Positions 25,904 to 35,705 of a stretch of DNA of 37,618 bases are shown here, piece by piece (position 1 is the first letter of the stretch; every line of letters starts with the position of its first letter). The translations under genes and the position numbers were made by a program. A model generated the notes under the pieces. The model ran no database searches and had not been told where the DNA came from. It was given only the letters and a program-made list of their open reading frames with translations. Source of the stretch: a virus. Lineage: Duplodnaviria; Caudoviricetes. The stretch spans positions 1-37,618 of the IMG/VR virus record IMGVR_UViG_3300031519_002997; one strand, written 5' to 3'.

Positions 25904-26254
25904 ATGCCTACATATGACAAAGTTTTAGAATTGGTTGAAGTATTGAGAATTGATACTGATAATACAATTAAGAAAGTAACAATAAGTGTTAAAACTTATA
26001 ATGAAACTGTTGGATCTTCTGTATTTTCTAAACAGCCTATGATTGCTGTATTAAGTGCCGAAGATTATGCCAACAGCGAAGTAACAAAAGTTACAACAGC
26101 AAACACTGCGTTTGATATTACATTATGGGGATATGAATATGCCGGTGGTGATAATTACTACGTAAATAATATTCAAGATTTTGCAGAAAGTCAAGTGGAG
26201 TCCTTATTACAATTCCAAGGAACAACTTCAATTGACATTTCCACATTATCATAA
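25904..26254 (+). CDS. hypothetical protein
   Basis: 116 aa ORF with SD AGGA. Confidence 0.7.
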   Translation: MPTYDKVLELVEVLRIDTDNTIKKVTISVKTYNETVGSSVFSKQPMIAVLSAEDYANSEVTKVTTANTAFDITLWGYEYAGGDNYYVNNIQDFAESQVESLLQFQGTTSIDISTLS

Positions 26255-26266
26255 AGAGGAAAAGAC

Positions 26267-26734
26267 ATGTTTTTTAAAGATACGAAATTAGACCGTGACG
26301 CGGTATTTGAACAGTTAAAGATTGATGAGGGCGTTGTGTATGAAGTCTATAAAGACCATCTTGGGTACCCTACGTTCGGAGTGGGGCATCTTGTATTGGA
26401 CTCGGATCCGGAATACGGCGCTGAAGTTGGATTCCCAATATCTGAGGAAAGAGTCAAAGAATGTTTCGACCATGATCTCGAACTTGCAGTCAGCGAATGT
26501 GACCATCTATACGAAGACGGCGTCTTTAGAGACTTACCGGACGAAGTCCAACAGATCTTGGTTAATATGATGTTTAACATGGGTCGTACTCGTTTAAGCA
26601 AGTTTAAGAAAATGCATGCCGCAATTATCGAAGGTGATTGGGCAGAAGCCGCTGTTGAAGGTAGAGATTCTCAATGGCACAAACAAGTTACTAACAGAGC
26701 CGAGCGTTTGATGGTTCGACTAGAATCTGTATAA
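26267..26734 (+). CDS. T4-type lysozyme (GH24 endolysin)
   Basis: DEG-x5-YKDHLGYPTFGVGH gives the E-x8-D-x5-T triad; NMMFNMG; DSQWHKQVTNRAERL. Confidence 0.92.
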   Translation: MFFKDTKLDRDAVFEQLKIDEGVVYEVYKDHLGYPTFGVGHLVLDSDPEYGAEVGFPISEERVKECFDHDLELAVSECDHLYEDGVFRDLPDEVQQILVNMMFNMGRTRLSKFKKMHAAIIEGDWAEAAVEGRDSQWHKQVTNRAERLMVRLESV

Positions 26735-26737
26735 ATA
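26730..26737 (+). promoter_or_regulatory. T4-type late promoter
   Basis: TATAAATA overlapping the lysozyme stop codon. Confidence 0.75.
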
Positions 26738-26767
26738 CAATTACAATATATAACATGGAGAACTATT

Positions 26768-27001
26768 ATGCCAGTAAATGACATTATCAACCACGCAATG
26801 GATAACAATCCGTTAAAATTAAAAGCTGCATTTGACGATGAGATGACAGGTCGTATTCGTACTGCGTTAAATCAGAAGTACAACGATATGACTGCTGAAG
26901 CGCCTGCCGTTACAGATATCGAATCGGCAATGAACGCCGAACCTGATCATACAAGAAATGAATCAGTAGAGGAAGTTGTTACAGAGTCTGTAGAAGACTA
27001 A
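26768..27001 (+). CDS. small acidic hypothetical protein
   Basis: SD GGAG; 77 aa with a Glu-rich tail. Confidence 0.72.
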   Translation: MPVNDIINHAMDNNPLKLKAAFDDEMTGRIRTALNQKYNDMTAEAPAVTDIESAMNAEPDHTRNESVEEVVTESVED

Positions 27002-27387
27002 TGTTCAACCAACTGTTCATTGGAATTATATTGGTTCTCAGTTTAGGTGGCTATTGGCTCTATTCTGAGAATCAAACCCTCAAGGCAAATTCCATTAAAC
27101 TTGAAACGGCAATGGCAGAACAAAAGGCTGCTATTGCTGCTATACAAGAATCACACGAAAAGCAAGCTACATCTCTACTTCACATGACTCGAGCCAATCA
27201 ACAGATTGAAGCTGAGAGAGATCAGTATCTTGCCGTCTTTCAAAGACATAACGTAAATAAACTCGCTGTTGCTAAACCTGGGCTTATAGAGAACTCGTTT
27301 AATAACGGAACAGCAAAAGTATTCGAGGATATCGAGAATGATAGTAAAACCATTTCTGATCTCAGCAGCCCTACTATTTCTAAGTAG
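27001..27387 (+). CDS. inner-membrane spanin (Rz-like)
   Basis: Single N-terminal TM followed by a coiled coil; 3' end overlaps a lipoprotein gene; close to the endolysin. Confidence 0.75.
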   Translation: MFNQLFIGIILVLSLGGYWLYSENQTLKANSIKLETAMAEQKAAIAAIQESHEKQATSLLHMTRANQQIEAERDQYLAVFQRHNVNKLAVAKPGLIENSFNNGTAKVFEDIENDSKTISDLSSPTISK

Positions 27388-27811
27388 TTGCTCACTCCTG
27401 GGTACAAAACAAATTGAAATAATCTCTAAACCGGCTGAAATAAAAATCATTCAGCCAATCCTCCCGCGGCCTATTGATCTAAGTAACCCTAAGTGGTATG
27501 TCGTATCTGAAGCTGTTATAGCTAATCCTTGTAAAAAGGTAGAAGATAAAAGACCTAAAATCTGTTCCCTTCAGGAACGCGAGAATCCTGACTGGACTAT
27601 TGGTTATACTTACCTTGATAGATTTATAGCAGACATGAAAAAGCTGAACAATGGCGATGTAGTGTTCACAGCAATGACTATTGGTGATTATGAACTCATG
27701 GCTTCCAATACTCAAGAACTGCGTAGATATATTCGCGAACTTGGCGAAGTAATTGTTTATTATAGATCAGTAACAATCAAAGAAGATAAACCTACTACAA
27801 CAGTCGACTAA
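27338..27811 (+). CDS. outer-membrane lipoprotein spanin (Rz1-like)
   Basis: Signal peptide with lipobox LSSC and Pro-rich segment QPILPRPI; overlaps the i-spanin gene. Confidence 0.75.
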   Translation: MIVKPFLISAALLFLSSCSLLGTKQIEIISKPAEIKIIQPILPRPIDLSNPKWYVVSEAVIANPCKKVEDKRPKICSLQERENPDWTIGYTYLDRFIADMKKLNNGDVVFTAMTIGDYELMASNTQELRRYIRELGEVIVYYRSVTIKEDKPTTTVD

Positions 27812-27844
27812 AAGACTATGTTGTTTATTAGATTCGATATATCT

Positions 27845-27873
27845 ATTATAACACTAAATTAGAAGTCTGTCAA
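27845..27873 (-). promoter_or_regulatory. perfect sigma70 promoter pointing antisense into the spanin genes
   Basis: + strand ATTATA 27845-27850, 17 bp, TGTCAA 27868-27873, which reads TTGACA-N17-TATAAT on the - strand. Confidence 0.75.
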
Positions 27874-27944
27874 TAGATTTCTTAAATTAATTTCATATAC
27901 TTACAAACCATTCCTAATATAAAGAATTCAGTGCAAAGGGTACT

Positions 27945-27985
27945 TATAAATATCTATTGACATGGGTACATAACTGTGTTATAAT
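27945..27985 (+). promoter_or_regulatory. late promoter plus sigma70 promoter
   Basis: TATAAATA 27945-27952; TTGACA 27957-27962, 17 bp spacer, TATAAT 27980-27985. Confidence 0.8.
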
Positions 27986-28010
27986 AACTACTAATTAAGA
28001 GATAGATCAA

Positions 28011-28505
28011 ATGGCCGATGAACTGAACGCCGTAAAAACTGATATTGCGTTAATCAAAAAAGATATAAAACAGATAGGTCGATTTTTTGACAAAGTTGAT
28101 ATAGCTGTAGACGCAATGTCGGATATTCAAAAGGCATTGGCAGTTCAACATCAGATTATTACTAACTTTGGCGATAAGGTTGATAACGTAGAAAGTAGAG
28201 TAGAAGAAAACAGAATTGAGAGTATGAAAGCTGATGCAGTTTATACTGATAGGTTAGAACAATACCGTCTGTCTTCGAAAGAAGATCACCAACGATTATC
28301 TGATACTAATATGGAAAATCGCAGAGAACGCAACGCAGAGATCATGGAAGCATTATCAAAGCTGAACGGTAATCTTGATAAGCGTATCTCTCAGATCGAA
28401 AATAGATTAGCTAGTGTAGAGAAGTGGAAATGGTACATGATGGGATTATCTGCGTCTGTTATCTTTATTATAACGAAATTGGATATAAAATCAATTATTG
28501 GTTGA
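28011..28505 (+). CDS. coiled-coil protein with a C-terminal TM anchor (gp61.1-like position)
   Basis: Heptad-rich body, then EKWKWYMMGLSASVIFII; directly upstream of the primase. Confidence 0.75.
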   Translation: MADELNAVKTDIALIKKDIKQIGRFFDKVDIAVDAMSDIQKALAVQHQIITNFGDKVDNVESRVEENRIESMKADAVYTDRLEQYRLSSKEDHQRLSDTNMENRRERNAEIMEALSKLNGNLDKRISQIENRLASVEKWKWYMMGLSASVIFIITKLDIKSIIG

Positions 28506-28543
28506 CATCCTAGTCTTTTTGTGTTATAATGGTACTATAAATA
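28502..28543 (+). promoter_or_regulatory. sigma70 promoter followed by a late promoter
   Basis: TTGACA 28502-28507, 17 bp spacer, TATAAT 28525-28530, then GGTAC and TATAAATA 28536-28543. Confidence 0.82.
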
Positions 28544-28560
28544 TATAATTGAGATTTATT

Positions 28561-29586
28561 ATGATTGACTTTGTGGATATACAGTATGCTCAGCATTTAT
28601 CAGGGAGACTTGATAGATTTCGTATAAGGCATACTAATCCTTACAAGATAAACTTTCGTTGCCCGCTATGTGGCGATTCCCAAAAGAATAGATCTAAAGC
28701 TCGAGGCTGGTTGCTCGAACGCGATAATAATCTATTCTTTTATTGTCACAACTGTGGCGAGAGTCATAACTTTGGAAACTTTCTTAAACAAATTGATCCA
28801 ATGGCTTATAATAATTATGTCGCTGATAAATTTGTTGGAAATGCTAATACGACCCCAAAGGCCGCTGTATCAACACTCGAGAGTACTAAATTTGAGCAAC
28901 CAAAGTTTGCGACTGGAAGTCCGCTAAAAAAATTAAAAAAAATCAGCCAGCTTAATCATGATCACAGTGTAAAGAAATATATAGATAAAAGGTCTATTCC
29001 TTCAAAGCATCATTATAGAATGTATTACGCTCCACAATTTATGGCGTGGATTAATACTATTGTTCCAAACAAATTTGAGAACATCAAAAAAGATGAACCA
29101 AGGTTAGTAATTCCTTTTTTAGATTCAGACGGTAAAGTATTTGGTGTATCGGCTAGGAGTATGGATCCTGATGCCTATCTACGATATATCACAATAATGT
29201 TTGATGAAGTACCAAAGATCTTTGGATTGGACAAAGTAGTCTTTAACGAAAAGTATTATGTAGTTGAAGGCGCATTGGATAGTATGTTTTTATCTAATGC
29301 AGTTGCTATGGCCGGTGCAGATGGTGGAACTGCCGCGCTTCGATGCGTGGAAAATGCAGTCTTTGTCTTTGACGCAGAACCTCGTAATCGAGAGATTCAT
29401 AAGCGCATGGAAAAGATTATTGATGCAGGTCATAGCATTGTAATATGGCCGCACGATATCCCAGGGAAGGATATTAATGAAATGGTTCTCAGTGGCAAGA
29501 TTAGTTGTGTTGAGAGTTTAATGAGAACAATTACCTATAAAGGGTTAGACGCAAAAATGAAATTTCAACAGTGGAGAAGGACTTAG
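28561..29586 (+). CDS. 61: DNA primase, T4 gp61
   Basis: Zn ribbon CPLCGDS...CHNC, RLVIPF, TOPRIM motifs VVEGALDSMF and KDINEM. Confidence 0.95.
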   Translation: MIDFVDIQYAQHLSGRLDRFRIRHTNPYKINFRCPLCGDSQKNRSKARGWLLERDNNLFFYCHNCGESHNFGNFLKQIDPMAYNNYVADKFVGNANTTPKAAVSTLESTKFEQPKFATGSPLKKLKKISQLNHDHSVKKYIDKRSIPSKHHYRMYYAPQFMAWINTIVPNKFENIKKDEPRLVIPFLDSDGKVFGVSARSMDPDAYLRYITIMFDEVPKIFGLDKVVFNEKYYVVEGALDSMFLSNAVAMAGADGGTAALRCVENAVFVFDAEPRNREIHKRMEKIIDAGHSIVIWPHDIPGKDINEMVLSGKISCVESLMRTITYKGLDAKMKFQQWRRT

Positions 29587-29589
29587 AAT

Positions 29590-30276
29590 ATGAAAGTAAA
29601 GTTGTTAAGTTATAGTCAAGCACCAACACTCGCACTTGCTAAAGACCCAAGCCTTCTAGGTTTAGTCGCATACTGCGCAAGAGTAAGTAATCCGAGTAAT
29701 CAAAACAATACAGCAACAAACGATAAGCTGGTTAATTATCTAATTAAGCATAAACATTGGAGTCCGTTAGAGATGGTCAGTGTTTGTATGGAAGTAGAAA
29801 CAACTCGAGATATTGCACGTCAATTTTTACGGCATCGTAGTTTTAGCTTTCAGGAGTTTAGTCAACGTTATGCTGACCCAACAACTGACTTAGAACTAAT
29901 ACCACGTGAAGCAAGGTTTCAAGATCCAAAGAACCGTCAAGCTAGTGTTAACATAGATCAGAACGATGAAGGTCATCGTAGGATCAACGAAGATTTTAGA
30001 ATGAAGCAGATGGAGCTTATTCGTAAATCAACAGAAGTATATAACTGGGCTATATCGAAAGGAATAGCAAAAGAACAAGCACGTGTGGTATTGCCTGAAG
30101 GTAACACAGTATCAAGACTATATGCAAACGGTACATTGAGATCATGGATTCATTATATTGAATTACGATCTGGAAACGGTACTCAGTTAGAGCATCAAGA
30201 ACTTGCTATTGCCATCGCCCACGCCATTGCTAAAATCTTTCCTTTAGCAAACGAATACATAACAGAAGAATTATAA
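29590..30276 (+). CDS. thyX: FAD-dependent thymidylate synthase
   Basis: AYCARVS, HWSPLE, RHRSFSFQEFSQRY, KEQAR. Confidence 0.96.
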   Translation: MKVKLLSYSQAPTLALAKDPSLLGLVAYCARVSNPSNQNNTATNDKLVNYLIKHKHWSPLEMVSVCMEVETTRDIARQFLRHRSFSFQEFSQRYADPTTDLELIPREARFQDPKNRQASVNIDQNDEGHRRINEDFRMKQMELIRKSTEVYNWAISKGIAKEQARVVLPEGNTVSRLYANGTLRSWIHYIELRSGNGTQLEHQELAIAIAHAIAKIFPLANEYITEEL

Positions 30277-30288
30277 TAGGAGTAGGGA

Positions 30289-32076
30289 ATGCAGCATTTA
30301 GGTATTGAGATTCAAACGAAAAGAGATAATACTCTATCGGAACAATCTTTTAAATTATTGAAAGACTATTATTGCAGAGACGATGAAAAGAGTCCACAGA
30401 AGGCATATGCTCGGGCTGCAGTAGCTTTTAGTAATGGCAATTTGAAATTAGCACAAAGGATATATGATTATGTATCTCAAGGCTTTTTCATGTTTTCTTC
30501 TCCAGTATTATCGAACGCGGTACTTAAAGGAGAAAAAGCAAAAGCATTACCTATTAGTTGTTTCCTTACTTATGTTCCTGATACTTTAGACGGATTGATT
30601 GACCATACTGCTGAATTGCGATGGTTGTCTGTTAAAGGTGGTGGTGTAGGTGGCCATTGGTCTGATATTCGTGCAGTATCAAAGAAAGCTCCAGGCCCAA
30701 TGCCATTCCTACATACGGTTGATGCAGATATGGTTGCATATCGTCAAGGAAGGACACGTAAAGGATCTTATGCTGCTTATATGGATGTTGACCATCCTGA
30801 CATTGTAGAGTTCATTAATATGCGTATTCCTACAGGAGACGTGAATAGAAAGAATTTGAATCTACACCATGCGGTTAATTTAACAGATGAATTCATGATA
30901 GCAGTTAAGGCAGGAACACCTTGGCCTTTGGTAGATCCTGCTGATGGAACTGTAAGAGAGACCGTGACAGCTAGACATTTATGGGAACTAATACTCGAGA
31001 CAAGATATCGTACTGGTGAACCGTATGTTAACTTTATTGATACGGCTAACAGAGCTTTACCTCAATCACAGAAGGATCTAGGTCTATCAATTAAAGGATC
31101 TAATCTTTGTAATGAAATACACCTTGTCACCAATGAAGAAAGAACAGCGGTATGTTGTTTATCTTCAGTCAATTTAGAAACATACGATCAATGGAAAGAT
31201 ACTAATATGGTTAAAGACCTTATTGTATTTTTAGATAACGTATTACAGTCCTTTATTGATAACGCCGGTGACGAAATTAGTAAAGCAAGATACAGTGCTC
31301 AGCAAGAAAGATCTTTAGGTCTTGGTGCTATGGGACTTCATTCTTACTTTCAGAAAAATTCAATTGCATTTGATAGTCAAGCTGCTATTGATGCAAACGA
31401 AGAAATCTTCAGTACAATTAAAGCAAAAGCTGTTGAGGCAACATTGGAAATGGGTAGGCGACGTGGCGAGGCTCCTGATATGAAAGGAACTGGCCGTCGT
31501 AACGCTCATATGTTAGCAATTGCTCCAAATGCAAATAGTTCTATGATAGTTGATACATCACCGTCTATTGAACCTTGGAAAGCAAATGCGTTTACATCGA
31601 GAACAAGAGTAGGTTCTCACTTGAATAAAAATCCACATCTTGCTAAAGTATTAGAAGTAGTAGGTAAAAATACAGAAGAAGTATGGTCAATGATTATTAC
31701 AAATGGTGGTTCAGTACAACACCTAGACTTCCTCGACGATCATACTAAAAATGTATTTAAAACAGCAATTGAACTAGACCAACATACATTAATTAAATTG
31801 GCAGGCGATCGCCAAAAACATTTATGCCAAGGTCAATCCTTAAACATCTTCTTCCCAGCAGGAGCTGATAAACGTTACTTACATACAGTACATTATCAAG
31901 CCTGGGAGCAAGGTACTAAAGGTTTATACTATTTACGAACTGAGTCATCTAACAGGGCAGAAAACGTTTCAGAGAAAGTAAAGCGCGAATCATTAGATGA
32001 CCACATTAATCCAGATAAAGTACAGTTTGGATTAACCGACGACGATCAAACCGAATGTGTTGCCTGTGAAGGGTAA
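30289..32076 (+). CDS. nrdA: class I ribonucleotide reductase alpha subunit (no ATP cone)
   Basis: ISCF, GGGVG, TGEPY, SNLCNEI, VCCLSS, APNANSS, LYYLR and C-terminal CVACEG. Confidence 0.96.
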   Translation: MQHLGIEIQTKRDNTLSEQSFKLLKDYYCRDDEKSPQKAYARAAVAFSNGNLKLAQRIYDYVSQGFFMFSSPVLSNAVLKGEKAKALPISCFLTYVPDTLDGLIDHTAELRWLSVKGGGVGGHWSDIRAVSKKAPGPMPFLHTVDADMVAYRQGRTRKGSYAAYMDVDHPDIVEFINMRIPTGDVNRKNLNLHHAVNLTDEFMIAVKAGTPWPLVDPADGTVRETVTARHLWELILETRYRTGEPYVNFIDTANRALPQSQKDLGLSIKGSNLCNEIHLVTNEERTAVCCLSSVNLETYDQWKDTNMVKDLIVFLDNVLQSFIDNAGDEISKARYSAQQERSLGLGAMGLHSYFQKNSIAFDSQAAIDANEEIFSTIKAKAVEATLEMGRRRGEAPDMKGTGRRNAHMLAIAPNANSSMIVDTSPSIEPWKANAFTSRTRVGSHLNKNPHLAKVLEVVGKNTEEVWSMIITNGGSVQHLDFLDDHTKNVFKTAIELDQHTLIKLAGDRQKHLCQGQSLNIFFPAGADKRYLHTVHYQAWEQGTKGLYYLRTESSNRAENVSEKVKRESLDDHINPDKVQFGLTDDDQTECVACEG

Positions 32077-32107
32077 CATAGTTTAATAGAATAGAAGGAT
32101 AACGAAT

Positions 32108-33358
32108 ATGGCTGGAGTAATACCCACCAGTAAAACAGGAAAAGATATGGAAGTTACAATTTATACCAAGTCCAACTGCCCTTTTTGCGAAAAAGCAAAA
32201 GCTTGGTTTGACCAGCATGGAATAGGATATACTAAAGTAGTATTAGATGATGAAGAGCAACGACTTGCTTTTTATCAGAAGGTATCTACAAACGCTAAAG
32301 AAGTAAGGTCAATGCCTCAGATCTGGATTAACGATGAACACATCGGTACTTATAACGATCTAATGGCAATTACAGACAAGTTAGTTAAAAAGTCAGGTGG
32401 TCTTTTAGAATTCTCAGAAGCGTACAAACCTTTTCACTATCCATGGGCTGTTGAAATTACAACAAGACATGAGAAAGCTCATTGGATTGAAGATGAATTA
32501 GATCTATCTGAAGACGTTGCCGATTGGAAAGGTGGTAAGGTAACTGATGTTGAGAAAGAATATATTATTAATATTCTAAGACTCTTTACACAATCAGATG
32601 TTGCTGTAGGTCAGAACTATTATGATCAGTTTATTCCTAAGTTTAAGAATAACGAAATCCGTAATATGTTAGGATCATTTGCAGCAAGAGAAGGTATTCA
32701 TCAACGTGCATACGCTCTATTGAATGAGACCTTAGGTTTATCAGATGCTGAATATCATGCGTTCTTAGAATACTCTGAAATGGCAGACAAGATTGATTAT
32801 ATGCGTAAGGCTGATACAAATAGTCTACGTGGTTTAGGTCTATCTTTAGCTAAGTCTGTATTTAACGAAGGTGTTGCTTTGTTTGCTTCTTTCGTTATGT
32901 TACTGAACTTTCAACGTTTCGGTAAAATGAAAGGTATGGGTAAAGTAGTTGAGTGGTCTATTCGTGATGAGTCTATTCACGTTGAAGGTAACTCTAAATT
33001 ATTCAAAGCATTCTGTAAAGAACATAGTAGAGTTGTAGATGATAGCTTTAAAAAGGAAATCTATGAAATGTCTCAGGACATTGTAGATCTCGAAGATAAG
33101 TTCATTGACCTTGCATATTCAATAGGTTCTATAGATGGCCTGGAAAAATCCGAAGTAAAAGAATATATAAGGTATATAACGGATAGGCGTTTACTTCAGC
33201 TTGGAATGAAACCTAATTTCAAAGTTAAAGATAATCCTCTACCGTGGTTAGAATGGGTTTTAAATGGAGCTGACCATACTAACTTCTTTGAGAATAGAGT
33301 TACTGAATATGAAGTAGCGGGACTTGAGGGTAGTTGGGAAGGCGCTTACGCTGAATAA
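32108..33358 (+). CDS. nrdB: glutaredoxin fused to class Ia ribonucleotide reductase beta subunit
   Basis: N-terminal CPFC...MPQIW; FTQSD, EGIHQRAY, EGVALFASF, RDESIH, NFFE...TEY; alternative start 32147. Confidence 0.95.
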   Translation: MAGVIPTSKTGKDMEVTIYTKSNCPFCEKAKAWFDQHGIGYTKVVLDDEEQRLAFYQKVSTNAKEVRSMPQIWINDEHIGTYNDLMAITDKLVKKSGGLLEFSEAYKPFHYPWAVEITTRHEKAHWIEDELDLSEDVADWKGGKVTDVEKEYIINILRLFTQSDVAVGQNYYDQFIPKFKNNEIRNMLGSFAAREGIHQRAYALLNETLGLSDAEYHAFLEYSEMADKIDYMRKADTNSLRGLGLSLAKSVFNEGVALFASFVMLLNFQRFGKMKGMGKVVEWSIRDESIHVEGNSKLFKAFCKEHSRVVDDSFKKEIYEMSQDIVDLEDKFIDLAYSIGSIDGLEKSEVKEYIRYITDRRLLQLGMKPNFKVKDNPLPWLEWVLNGADHTNFFENRVTEYEVAGLEGSWEGAYAE

Positions 33359-33394
33359 TTAACAAAGGATAGTGTATCATGAAGGTACTAGATT

Positions 33395-34597
33395 GTGATT
33401 GAACCGAAAGCTTTTCAAACAGTGATTGATACACTAAAAGAAAACGGGAATTACCGCGAATTTAACGATATAGTTAGAGACGCGGGTAATTTTCCTAAAG
33501 CAACATGGTACTCAAAGTATTCACCAAAGACAATCGTTAATTGGTGTTCAAATGATTACTTAGGAATGGGTCAAAACAAATACGTTATTGACGCCATGAC
33601 TACTGCTTTAGAAAAGACAGGAAGTGGCAGTGGAGGTACTCGTAATATTGGCGGTACCTCTCACTATCATGTTACTCTCGAAAAAGTATTAGCCGAACTT
33701 CATCAAAAGGAATCCGGTTTATTATATACCTCTGCGTATGTTGCCAACGAATGGACATTAATTGCTCTAGCTCGTATCATTCCAAATATATGTTTCGTTT
33801 CAGATAATAAAAATCACGCATCAATGATTATGGGTGTTAAACATAGTCGCGCTGATAAGATTATATGGGAACACAATAACATGGATGAACTTGAACTGGC
33901 ATTACAAACTTGCCAAATGTCAGGTCAAACTCCTTGTGTTGTATTTGAATCTGTATACAGTATGGATGGAGATGTTGCACCTATTGAACAAATCTGTGAC
34001 TTAGCAGATAAATATAACGCGATCACGTATATTGACGAAGTACATGCAGTTGGTCTCTATGGAGATACAGGTGCAGGCTATTGCGAAAAGTTAGGCTTAC
34101 AAGATAGAGTTGATATTATCAATGGAACTTTAGGAAAGGCGTTTGGTTGTCACGGTGGTTATATTGCTGGTGATAGTATTGTACTCGACGCTATAAGATC
34201 CGTAGCAAGTGGATTTATATTTACAACAAGTATGAGTCCTGTAATGGCAGCAGGAGCAATTGCTTCTATTCGTTATTTGATGGATCATAATAGTTTAAGA
34301 GTTAAACATCAAGAACGTGCAGAAACGTTAAGAAGTTTATTCGCAGAGAACAATATAGAAATACATCCAAACAGTTGCACTCATATATTACCAGTCATGG
34401 TTAGAGATGCAAAAAAATGTAAAACAATTTCAGACAGGTTATTAAACAATTATGGACTTTATGCACAACCTATTAATAGCCCAACAGTTGATGTGGGTAC
34501 AGAGCGGCTTAGAATTACACCAACACCACTTCACACCAATGGGATGATGGAAGATTTAGTTAAAGCAATCAAAGAAACATTTAAGGCAGTAGATTAA
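33395..34597 (+). CDS. hemA: 5-aminolevulinate synthase (C4/Shemin pathway)
   Basis: [57 protein letters not shown] (PLP Lys), GFIFTTS, ERLRITP. Confidence 0.95.
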   Translation: MIEPKAFQTVIDTLKENGNYREFNDIVRDAGNFPKATWYSKYSPKTIVNWCSNDYLGMGQNKYVIDAMTTALEKTGSGSGGTRNIGGTSHYHVTLEKVLAELHQKESGLLYTSAYVANEWTLIALARIIPNICFVSDNKNHASMIMGVKHSRADKIIWEHNNMDELELALQTCQMSGQTPCVVFESVYSMDGDVAPIEQICDLADKYNAITYIDEVHAVGLYGDTGAGYCEKLGLQDRVDIINGTLGKAFGCHGGYIAGDSIVLDAIRSVASGFIFTTSMSPVMAAGAIASIRYLMDHNSLRVKHQERAETLRSLFAENNIEIHPNSCTHILPVMVRDAKKCKTISDRLLNNYGLYAQPINSPTVDVGTERLRITPTPLHTNGMMEDLVKAIKETFKAVD

Positions 34598-34601
34598 TTT
34601 G

Positions 34602-35426
34602 ATGAAATGGTTAACACTCGTTACAAGCATTACTTTAGCAAGTTGTGCAGCGTACTTCTCTATTATAGGATTGATGACAATCTTTAGTGGAGCAGCAGTG
34701 TCCATTGCTATCATGGCAACTGTATTAGAGTTTGGTAAATTAGTTTCTGCTGCATGGTTACATTATGAATGGGATCGAGTTAATAATTTAGTTCGTTCTT
34801 ATTTTACAATCGCTATACTTATATTAATGCTTATTACATCAATGGGTATATTTGGTTTCTTATCTAAGGCGCATATTGAATCGGCGTTAGTATCAGATAG
34901 TTATTCTTTGGAAGCTAATATCATTGATACGCGAATAGCAGCAGAACAATCAAAGTTAAAAGGTGCACAAGCTCGAATCGAAGGATTGGATTATGTATTA
35001 CAGACATCTCAACCTAAAGATCGTAACTACGTTAATAGCCGACAAACAGAAGAAAGAAATAATTTAGCAATAACTATTGACAAAGCAGTAGATTCTGTTG
35101 TACAATACAATATAGAAAAGTTACCTATTCAGAGGTTACAGTTAGAACAGGAATCGGAACTTGGTCCTATTAAGTATATCGCTGATATGATATATGGAAG
35201 TGGTGCAGCAGAGTACTATGACGATGCAGCAAGATGGATTATACTTATAATTATATTTGTATTTGACCCACTTGCTATTATGTTATTGATCGTAAGTACT
35301 GCCGCATTTAAACGTGAACGTGAAACTCCAGAAACTCCATTAGTTGATGCAAGTCAGGTAATGAACATGGAGATTGAAGAAAACCGTAGTGGATTAACTA
35401 CTACATTAAATAGAAGGAAAATATAG
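34602..35426 (+). CDS. conserved T4-like membrane protein (3 TM, coiled coil, TM)
   Basis: AAYFSIIGL, LEFGKLV, ITSMGIFGFLSKAH, LGPIKYIA, FVFDPLA. Confidence 0.82.
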   Translation: MKWLTLVTSITLASCAAYFSIIGLMTIFSGAAVSIAIMATVLEFGKLVSAAWLHYEWDRVNNLVRSYFTIAILILMLITSMGIFGFLSKAHIESALVSDSYSLEANIIDTRIAAEQSKLKGAQARIEGLDYVLQTSQPKDRNYVNSRQTEERNNLAITIDKAVDSVVQYNIEKLPIQRLQLEQESELGPIKYIADMIYGSGAAEYYDDAARWIILIIIFVFDPLAIMLLIVSTAAFKRERETPETPLVDASQVMNMEIEENRSGLTTTLNRRKI

Positions 35427-35427
35427 T

Positions 35428-35694
35428 ATGGCTATACAAATGTTAGGCGATCAGGTGTTAGTGGAAGCTGCACCAAAAGAAGAAAGAAAGGCTGGATCAA
35501 TTATTTTATCAGCGGACGTAAAGCAAACGTCATCTGAGCCGGGAGTTGTAGTAGCGGCAGGCCCTGATGCAGATCAGGCATTGGTGAAAGGTGCAACTGT
35601 CTATATGGATTGGAACAAATCATTACCTGTGAACATTGGTGGCAATGCTGCTGTGATTATTAGTAACGAACACATTAAAGCAGTTATAAGCTAA
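35428..35694 (+). CDS. groES: GroES-like co-chaperonin
   Basis: LGDQVLV, mobile loop GSIIL, GVVVAAGP, HIKAVI. Confidence 0.85.
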   Translation: MAIQMLGDQVLVEAAPKEERKAGSIILSADVKQTSSEPGVVVAAGPDADQALVKGATVYMDWNKSLPVNIGGNAAVIISNEHIKAVIS

Positions 35695-35705
35695 ACGGAG
35701 TTGTA

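Noticed and set aside
29590-33358. Introns, inteins or homing endonucleases in thyX, nrdA or nrdB
   Set aside because: The reading frames are continuous, of ordinary length, and show no splicing or endonuclease motifs.
33395-34597. Alternative call as BioF, Kbl or serine palmitoyltransferase
   Set aside because: N-terminal [20 protein letters not shown] and [10 protein letters not shown] are ALAS-type motifs.
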